A DNA stretch of 64,000 nt from an uncultured virus (IMG/VR IMGVR_UViG_3300007722_002942) (Duplodnaviria; Heunggongvirae; Uroviricota; Caudoviricetes). Shown here piece by piece: positions 56,736 through 64,000 of this stretch. Position 1 is the first letter of the stretch. Every line of letters starts with the position of its first letter. A program made the position numbers and the translations under genes. The notes under the pieces were generated by a model. The model ran no database searches. It was not told the DNA's origin and saw only the letters and a list, made by a program, of their open reading frames with translations. The stretch lies in the IMG/VR virus record IMGVR_UViG_3300007722_002942; one strand, given 5' to 3'.

Positions 56736-59700
56736 ATGGCTTTTAAAAAAATAGCTCAATTACAAAATTATAAAATTGAAGCATTGAATAACCCAGGTTG
56801 GGATATTTATAATATGCCAGCAATGGTTAAAACAGCTTCTATTGAGAAATCAAAGGAACAAGATCTAGGAGGTTTCGATATCGAGGCTGCTGTAACTAAG
56901 CACCCAGATAACTTGTTTATTAAAATTTTTGCAATTAAAGAAGATGAGACAAATGACAATGGAGATTATTTCTCCGCTGATGAATTAGAGAAGTCAGCTC
57001 AGACGTTTGTTGGTGTTCCTATCTTTACAAATCATCAAAATGATGATATTGAAAAGTCAAGAGGAGAGTGTGTTCACTCGTGGTACGATAAGGAATTAAA
57101 AGGTATTTTTATTGTAGCTAGGGTTGATAAGGTAGCATATCCCAAATTAGCCAGAGGCGTAGAAGAGGGTTATGTTAAAGGAACATCGATGGGATGCTCT
57201 GTTGATCACTCTGTCTGTTCAATATGTCATAATAAGGCTCACACAGCTGATGAATATTGTACACATATTAAAAATCAAAAGACAAGAAAGTTATCTACTT
57301 CTTGCAAATGTAAATATCATGAAAGCAAAGTTCAAGTAGATGAAAAATGCCCTATTTGTTCTTGCACTAAAAAAGAAGCTAGTTCTCTAAAGCATGATAA
57401 TCAGCAAGTATTTGAATATAATTACGGATTAAAGTTTATTGAGAATTCATTTGTCGTTAATCCAGCATGTCATACTTGCGGAGTCGAATGTATTCTTAAT
57501 GAGCCAGAGCTTAATAAGAAGGTTGCAAGTCTTAGAGCAAGTGTAACAAAGTTATCTTCCAAATATGAAAATAATCCAAAATCAGTTAAAAATGCCGGAC
57601 AAAATGAGATAGTATCATTAAAGCAGGCTATGGATCAAATTGAGAAAGTAGCAAGAAGTATGCTAGCTCAAAAAGATCAAGTAGATATGGAATTTGTTAG
57701 CGAGCTTGTTAAATTAATGTCAGATTTACAGGGAACTACTGATGAGCTTATAGAAGTAGGATATGGTCAATTACCATCTCCTCCTATATCTACAGCTTCT
57801 AATGTAGGGGATGTATCTTTTCCAAGTATACAGTCAGGAAATGCACAGCCTCAACAAGCATCTTCGGCTCCTAGTGGACAAACAATGCAAAGTCATACGA
57901 CTAAGACACCTAATGCGATACAAACAGATTTAGGTGGCGGTATTGGTTCAATAACAAAACCAGCTAGCACTACTGTTGTAAATAAAAAGAAGGATTTTAT
58001 TCGTATATCTTCTAACTTACTAAGCAAGATATATAATCTTCAGAATAAAGTATCAAAGTCCGCAAGGAGAACTACTGTGTCAGATAGCATAATTCATATA
58101 TGGGATGATTCAGAGGATGTTTCTTCTCTAAACGTATCTTTAGATAAAGAGCATGTAACTCTGGCACAGGGCGATAAGATTTTGAAAATAGCCCATGTTT
58201 CACAGTTTTCCCCTGAGCTTCAGGATTTAATCAAATCTAATCCTTTTGAAGCTGTTCAAAGAATTCTAAATATTTCGAAGGAGTCTACAACTAACATGTC
58301 AGATAATCAAAACAAAACTGCCGCTATTGGCCCAGCGGATTCAGACAGTCCCGCTCAAAGAGAAGTTATTACTGAAAAACAATTAAAAAGTAGTCCTCCA
58401 ACGCTCCATCCAAGATGGGGTGATACTTACGAGCAGACAACTGAATCAAAGGATCAGATCGGAAGAAGTGATGATAAGAGTAATGATACAACTTCCGATA
58501 GTCCTCAGAAGAGACTTGGAACTTACGAAACCATAACTGAAGATCAGATGAGTACTATATCCAGTGGACATGTTGTTAGAACCAACGACTGGCCAGAAGT
58601 TATTACTGAAAAGCAATGGACAGATATGAGCAGATTAGTTTCTGCTGATTTGTCTGATGATTGGGATTCTAGAATTACAGAGTCTCAAATAAAAGATCTA
58701 TTAAGCAGTCATTCTTTTGTTGGACCTTATGAAACAACAACTGAAGATCAATTGAAAAAGCAAGATTCCGGCGTTAAAAGATGGGCAAGCAAAAATTATG
58801 TAGATGCCATCACTAAGGTCGCTGTAGAGTCTATCTCTGATGCAATCGCATTGTTCAACAAGTCTCCAAATGATTTATCTAAAGTTGTTTCATCTTGTAT
58901 GAATGATTCTGCATTGAAGAATAAAGTAGCTTTCTTATCGGTTGTTAATTCTCTTCCAAGAAAAAATGAAGATATTCATAATTTAATTAACAATGTTAAT
59001 TATTTTAGCAAGAAAGCATCTAAGAGTCTGGACACACCAGAGTCAGTAGATGCTTTGATTATTTCAATCGCAAATAATGCCAAGTCAGGAATTAAGTCAG
59101 AAGATATTATTGATACCATTAGCTATATTCTTTCTAAGAAAGAAGCGATGGCAAAGGTAGAAAATAGAGTACAAACAAAGATAGCTTCTAAGAAAGCTAA
59201 TATTGAGACTGTTTTTGATAAATTTTCATCTATTGACAGTTCGTTAGCAACGCTTGATCGTCCAAAGGATGGCCTTTGGAGAATTGAAGCTACATTGAAA
59301 GAAGTTAAGGCAATGGCTAAGGGCGAGGGCAAAAAGGCTTTTGTTTCTGCTGCTAAGAGATTTGCAATTGCTCAAATAGGTCCAGAATTAGGCGGAAAAG
59401 ACTTAACACTTTTAAGTATTAAGTTTGATCCAGCTACTGGCTCGGTAACAATTGATGCAGGCGATGCTTCTATGCTTGGTAATAAAGAGCCAGAAGTTGA
59501 TGAACTATTAGAAGATAATAATGTTATGGACAGTAACGGCCACGACGATGACGATATTTTGGCAGATGATCTAGTATCTGATGAAATGGATGACATGGAT
59601 GACATGGACGACTATGGCGACAATCTTGGCGATGAAGGCATGGAAGAGGATAATGATTGTGGCATGGGTATGGGCAAACCAGCAATGCCAGGCATTGGCT

Positions 59701-62700
59701 CGGGCGGTGCAGGTATGGGTGATACTGGAATGGGTCAAACAAAGCCAGCAATGCCAGGTTCGTTATCTCCAATGGCTTCAAAAAGAAATGGTATTAAGAA
59801 ACAAGCACAGATGATGGGTGGAGAAATGGGTGGACAGGGCGGAGCTTCTCAAGCACCAGGAGCAGGAGCTACTTTACCTCAGCCTCCTATGGCAGATGCA
59901 GGAATGGAATCAATAAGCGGTGGAGATGAAGAGTTGGCAGGAGAAGAAGAATTAGGAGATATGCAGCCAAAACCACCAGGTTCTATCTGTCCAGTTTGCG
60001 GTAGCGAAGATGTTGATATCGTAAGCGGAGAGGGTCATTGCTCCAATTGCGGATCCCAATTTAAATTTAAGGTTACATTGGAAGTATCTAAATGGAGCGG
60101 ACTTCTTGGTGAAGATCAGGAAGATGGCGAGGAAGAAGGAGATGGCTTAACTGAAGGAGAAGGATTCGAGATGCCAGGCGAAGAGGCTATGCCTCCAGCT
60201 GCTGGCGGAATGGGAGCACCAGGACCAGAGGTTCCTGTTGCCGCTATGACTCGTCTTTCACCAGAATCATTGCAAAAAATTGCAAAAATGATTTATAAGA
60301 TTAAGGCTACTTCCGGTAGCAAAAATGCAACTAAGTCAGTTTCCGAAGGCGGATATGGTCTGAATAATACTATGTTACAAAGCTATGCTTCTAAAGATAG
60401 CGTAAAACTTGGATCAATTAGTCCATTAACAGGAACAGATAATACTTTACATCTTGGCGGAAGCGAATACGTATGTCTTTCTACAGGAACAAAATATAAA
60501 GTTAGCTTTATTGCTGATAAAAAGAATCCCAAGTATGTATATGCTCAATGGTCATATACTCCAAAAAGCGATGCAAATGCTTGCCCAACATGTCAGAGAA
60601 TGAGAAACAAGTTTACTAAGCAATTAGCAGGCTTTGGGGTGTCTGAGACACAATGGGATCAAATGAGTATTGCAGAAAGATCTAAGACATTAGTTAATAT
60701 GAAGAAAGCAGGATCTCTTAAGGAAATTAAGACCGCTGATAAATTAGGAAGCGTTCTTGGAGATTATAAGAAAGCATATTCAATTTTCGGAGATAAATTC
60801 CCAGTTGAAAGTTGCAGAGAGAAGATTGCTCGCAGATATGGCGAAAACTCTCTTGCTATTAGCGGACCATGCGAAGGTCAGCCATTGGTAAATTGCGTAT
60901 GCGACCAGTTGAAAAATGCTGGCGTATATACAGACAGATTAGCTATTAAGGTTGCTCAAATTTGGAGCGAAGTTGATGGTTATGAAGAATGCGTTACAGA
61001 TCAGGTTAGAACAAAGCTTACACTTAGAGAAGCTGCCGTTGTCTGCACAGCATTAAAGTCTGCCTTAGCATCTGATGAAGATTTCTTCGCAGACGATTTA
61101 GGGGAAAGCAATAATGAACCAGATAACGATACAGATAATGATTCAGATGATTCAAATCTAGATGTATCTGATGACTCTGATCCTTTTGATGGAAATGATA
61201 CAGACTCTGGAGACTCATTCGGTGAAGAATCTAGTACCCCTGTAGTAGAAGATGGTCTTGGAGAAAAGAAAATAGTAATTGAACTTTCAGAACAAGCAGC
61301 TAAGGAATTAGATGCCAAATTGGATGCTTCTTTAGGTAGCGATCCTACTGACGACTTGGGAGGAGAAGGGGAGATAGGGGGAGCAGAGAGTGTTGGTCTT
61401 GAAGGAGATATGGGATCTGGCGGAGATTTAGATTCATTAAACACAGATCCATCAGTTCCTTCCGATGGAGGATTAGACGAAGTTCCAGGAATTGGAGCAG
61501 CAACAACAGAAGAAGCTGTTAGCGGTCTTGGTGATTTAGAGACATCAAAGCCAGCACTTGACCCAATGCAGGTAAAAAATAAAGGAATTCCAGGTGGAAA
61601 TATGGTAAGTAATCAGAACAACCCCGCTTTGCAACAGCCAGGCGATTTAAGAGGCGTTCAAGGCAGATTGGCCTCTGAAAATGTTAGTACTGAGAAGGAA
61701 GCTAATCATATGAGAAGCAGCTTTAATAGAACTGGAAAAATTGAACTTGATTTGCTTGCAGTAGCAAATAGTCTTAATTTGAAGAAAAAAGCTGGAGAAA
61801 AGCAAGTTTCAGTTGAGCTTGTTCAGGATTCTAAAGATATTGGAAAGATTAGCGATGGAGACCCTTTAGGAAAAGATCTTCCAGGGGCAATGGGGCATGA
61901 GAAAGAATCAGTTCCAACAGCAGTTCATCCTAGCGTTCCTCGTTCTGATGCACGTATGGGTCATGAAAAAGAAAATATTGATAAAGAAGAATCTCTTCCT
62001 TCTATTCCTTCTGATAAGGGGGCTATTGGACATGAAGATGAACAAGACCTATCAGGCGGAGATGTTCGCATGACAGGTGGAGTTGGCGCAACTGGAAAAA
62101 GTGAAGTAGAAGCTTCTAACGACGAGATTACCAAGGAAGCACAGATTCTTGATGAAGTTGCTTCTATGAGAGGTTTCGGAGGCGGAAGATCAAGTATAAT
62201 AGTACATAATTTAGTAAATAGATTAGTTGCAGCTTCTCAGAAGAAGCAGGCAGATAAGGTAAAAGATGCAAAGCCAGTATCCGATAGCGATTCAATTGGC
62301 AAGGTTGATGGTGGCGGAAAGGGTATGGCTAATGAGGAAAGCTTTTCCGCAGAAGAACCAAAGAATGTAAAGTCTGATGGTAATGGAAGTATGATGGGAC
62401 ATGAAAAGGAAACTCTTGGTGATAAGCCAGATTCTCCAAAAGACCATCCTGATATTCCAGCAGGCAATGCTCTTATGGGACATGAAGAAGACAGTATAAA
62501 TTCAGAAAAACAAACAGATATTAAAGGTACAGTCATTGCTGGTAGCAATGCAGAGTCCGAGGCCAGAGTTAAATTAGCAACACAGGTTGCAGCTGAGATG
62601 ATGCAAGCCGGTTTAATATCCGGTCAAAATCTTTATCAGAAGATTAATGAACTTAAACAATATGGGCCTAGCCAAATAAGGGATTACAGAAAGGCAATTT

Positions 62701-62897
62701 TTGCCAATCGTAAGGGACTCGACACAGTATCAGACGGGATTGAGAGACCCGTAATAATCAGCGAAGCAAGTAATCAGCATGGTGGACAGGGTGAGTTGTC
62801 CAGCAGGATTAAGTCAATGTTTACCCTTTCAAAGCAGACCGAAGAAGCTTTGAGAGACCCTGATTTCGCTCTCAAGTTTGCTCACAGAAGAATGTAA
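56736..62897 (+). CDS. giant prohead protease/scaffold polyprotein
   Basis: N-terminal protease motifs NDNGD.F, FTNHQN, GTSMGC, FIENSFVVNPA; long acidic low-complexity body; lies before decoration and capsid genes. Confidence 0.8.
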   Translation: MAFKKIAQLQNYKIEALNNPGWDIYNMPAMVKTASIEKSKEQDLGGFDIEAAVTKHPDNLFIKIFAIKEDETNDNGDYFSADELEKSAQTFVGVPIFTNHQNDDIEKSRGECVHSWYDKELKGIFIVARVDKVAYPKLARGVEEGYVKGTSMGCSVDHSVCSICHNKAHTADEYCTHIKNQKTRKLSTSCKCKYHESKVQVDEKCPICSCTKKEASSLKHDNQQVFEYNYGLKFIENSFVVNPACHTCGVECILNEPELNKKVASLRASVTKLSSKYENNPKSVKNAGQNEIVSLKQAMDQIEKVARSMLAQKDQVDMEFVSELVKLMSDLQGTTDELIEVGYGQLPSPPISTASNVGDVSFPSIQSGNAQPQQASSAPSGQTMQSHTTKTPNAIQTDLGGGIGSITKPASTTVVNKKKDFIRISSNLLSKIYNLQNKVSKSARRTTVSDSIIHIWDDSEDVSSLNVSLDKEHVTLAQGDKILKIAHVSQFSPELQDLIKSNPFEAVQRILNISKESTTNMSDNQNKTAAIGPADSDSPAQREVITEKQLKSSPPTLHPRWGDTYEQTTESKDQIGRSDDKSNDTTSDSPQKRLGTYETITEDQMSTISSGHVVRTNDWPEVITEKQWTDMSRLVSADLSDDWDSRITESQIKDLLSSHSFVGPYETTTEDQLKKQDSGVKRWASKNYVDAITKVAVESISDAIALFNKSPNDLSKVVSSCMNDSALKNKVAFLSVVNSLPRKNEDIHNLINNVNYFSKKASKSLDTPESVDALIISIANNAKSGIKSEDIIDTISYILSKKEAMAKVENRVQTKIASKKANIETVFDKFSSIDSSLATLDRPKDGLWRIEATLKEVKAMAKGEGKKAFVSAAKRFAIAQIGPELGGKDLTLLSIKFDPATGSVTIDAGDASMLGNKEPEVDELLEDNNVMDSNGHDDDDILADDLVSDEMDDMDDMDDYGDNLGDEGMEEDNDCGMGMGKPAMPGIGSGGAGMGDTGMGQTKPAMPGSLSPMASKRNGIKKQAQMMGGEMGGQGGASQAPGAGATLPQPPMADAGMESISGGDEELAGEEELGDMQPKPPGSICPVCGSEDVDIVSGEGHCSNCGSQFKFKVTLEVSKWSGLLGEDQEDGEEEGDGLTEGEGFEMPGEEAMPPAAGGMGAPGPEVPVAAMTRLSPESLQKIAKMIYKIKATSGSKNATKSVSEGGYGLNNTMLQSYASKDSVKLGSISPLTGTDNTLHLGGSEYVCLSTGTKYKVSFIADKKNPKYVYAQWSYTPKSDANACPTCQRMRNKFTKQLAGFGVSETQWDQMSIAERSKTLVNMKKAGSLKEIKTADKLGSVLGDYKKAYSIFGDKFPVESCREKIARRYGENSLAISGPCEGQPLVNCVCDQLKNAGVYTDRLAIKVAQIWSEVDGYEECVTDQVRTKLTLREAAVVCTALKSALASDEDFFADDLGESNNEPDNDTDNDSDDSNLDVSDDSDPFDGNDTDSGDSFGEESSTPVVEDGLGEKKIVIELSEQAAKELDAKLDASLGSDPTDDLGGEGEIGGAESVGLEGDMGSGGDLDSLNTDPSVPSDGGLDEVPGIGAATTEEAVSGLGDLETSKPALDPMQVKNKGIPGGNMVSNQNNPALQQPGDLRGVQGRLASENVSTEKEANHMRSSFNRTGKIELDLLAVANSLNLKKKAGEKQVSVELVQDSKDIGKISDGDPLGKDLPGAMGHEKESVPTAVHPSVPRSDARMGHEKENIDKEESLPSIPSDKGAIGHEDEQDLSGGDVRMTGGVGATGKSEVEASNDEITKEAQILDEVASMRGFGGGRSSIIVHNLVNRLVAASQKKQADKVKDAKPVSDSDSIGKVDGGGKGMANEESFSAEEPKNVKSDGNGSMMGHEKETLGDKPDSPKDHPDIPAGNALMGHEEDSINSEKQTDIKGTVIAGSNAESEARVKLATQVAAEMMQAGLISGQNLYQKINELKQYGPSQIRDYRKAIFANRKGLDTVSDGIERPVIISEASNQHGGQGELSSRIKSMFTLSKQTEEALRDPDFALKFAHRRM

Positions 62898-62927
62898 TGT
62901 AAAGCCAAAATTTAGGAGAAATTAACT

Positions 62928-63521
62928 ATGGCTCTTATTCCCGTATATCATCAATTCGCAGGTAACTTTAATGTTAATCCAAGCTCAACCTGGCAGGCAC
63001 TTTCAGGATCTTGGGTTAGATTAACAGAGCTTGACAGCAACACGTATATTCAGCCAATTACTGTAGCTACACAATCAACCCTTGGTGTCTTGGGTGATTC
63101 TCGCCACAGTTCCGCTTCAGGATCAGGGTATTCAGCAGATTTAATTATCGGTGCTTATCCTCTTTCCCCACCAGTAGGAAGAGTTCGTCCTACACAGAAC
63201 AGAGCCAGCGACATGTTCGATGAGACTCTATCTTCAGGTATGGCAACTGTATACTTTGGCGGTGGAGATTTCTGGACCGATCAGTTTGAAACACTAACCG
63301 GCGGAAGCCCAATTGATTATAACCCAGGCGATGATCTCTATCTTTCTGCCAATGGTATTATTACCAATGTAGGTACTACAGGCACAAATCCAAGAGTAGG
63401 TATTCTTATCGAAGATCCAAAGGCTTATCCAAGTGGAGTCCCAGGAACAGATACTCCTGATGGCTCTTTGTCTCTTGGAACGTTCATGCACTTTGTTATG
63501 AACATCCAGAACCCTAACTAA
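62928..63521 (+). CDS. capsid decoration/cement protein
   Basis: Between scaffold and MCP; SG.ATV..GGG.F.TDQF, Y.PGD.LY....G. Confidence 0.65.
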   Translation: MALIPVYHQFAGNFNVNPSSTWQALSGSWVRLTELDSNTYIQPITVATQSTLGVLGDSRHSSASGSGYSADLIIGAYPLSPPVGRVRPTQNRASDMFDETLSSGMATVYFGGGDFWTDQFETLTGGSPIDYNPGDDLYLSANGIITNVGTTGTNPRVGILIEDPKAYPSGVPGTDTPDGSLSLGTFMHFVMNIQNPN

Positions 63522-63617
63522 TTCGTAGAAATTAGTTGGAATGTATTAAAATTATTATCTACTATTATTAAGGTTTAAGGCAACTTGAGGATTTAATAAT
63601 AGATAGGAGAACGTATT

Positions 63618-64000
63618 ATGAGTCTTGCAAAAAATGGTCTTTCTGACCAAGAAAAAGAAATGGTAATCGCTCAGGCTTTGGAAACAGATGAAGGTCGTAC
63701 CGCTCTAGCCCAGGCTATGGTTGAGCCAATCCGTCGCTCGCTTGAGTATCAGGCAGTAGGTCGTAAGCTTCTTATGGTTGACGAGTTGCCACAGGGCGCA
63801 CTCGCTCGCTATGAGAGAGATATAGCTTCTATCGCTCATGTTATCGGACGTAGAGGTGCTGTACCTGACCAGATCGTAGAAGGCGAAGAAATTCTTGTTC
63901 CAACATTTGAAATTGCTGCTAACCCAACAATTCGTTTGTCGGAAATCAAGGCTCGTCGTTTCTACATCGTTGATAGAGCTCAGATTAAGGCTAAAGAAGC
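63618..64000 (+). CDS. major capsid protein (5' part, runs off window)
   Basis: Not in track. AGGAG RBS; MSLAKNG...GRTALAQAMVEPIRRSLEYQAVGRKLLMVDELPQGALARYERD...VPTFEIAANPTI. Confidence 0.85.
   Translation, partial: MSLAKNGLSDQEKEMVIAQALETDEGRTALAQAMVEPIRRSLEYQAVGRKLLMVDELPQGALARYERDIASIAHVIGRRGAVPDQIVEGEEILVPTFEIAANPTIRLSEIKARRFYIVDRAQIKAKE

Noticed and set aside
63514..63605. Hairpins between decoration and capsid genes as a terminator or riboswitch
   Set aside because: AT-rich stems without a U tract; more likely ordinary mRNA-stabilising structure, and nothing specific can be supported.
1..64000. Genome-wide TAG reassignment (code 15) suggested by the CUA tRNA
   Set aside because: Long genes are intact in code 11 and several genes end in TAG followed closely by the next gene (e.g. 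781, 5135, 9032, 25293). Only the Pth2-like gene clearly needs read-through.

Overview
AT-rich, gene-dense, mostly plus-strand segment of a large tailed-phage (jumbo-type) genome, read in the standard code. The left ~40 kb is accessory and host-takeover DNA. It holds 14 tRNA genes (none encodes CCA), two unexplained structured RNAs, NAD+ salvage enzymes (PncA, PncB, NadE), a sigma-28-like factor, MoxR/VWA, a GT10 glycosyltransferase, an outer-membrane beta-barrel, and class Ia RNR with an intein. The right ~24 kb is the head module: terminase, many probable head proteins, a portal with a nuclease-like tail, a 2053-aa protease/scaffold, a decoration protein and the start of the major capsid gene. 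Two observations stand out. (1) A leader-peptide transcription attenuator (15681-15863) has a 13-codon sensor with exactly ten distinct codons, and these match one-to-one the ten Leu/Ser/Cys/Tyr tRNAs downstream. This suggests a tRNA array switched on by tRNA depletion. (2) An amber-suppressor tRNA heads an operon in which a peptidyl-tRNA hydrolase 2-like gene, missed by the ORF track, is interrupted by two in-frame TAG codons and lies in frame with an HD hydrolase. All family calls are by motif recognition; no database searches were run.
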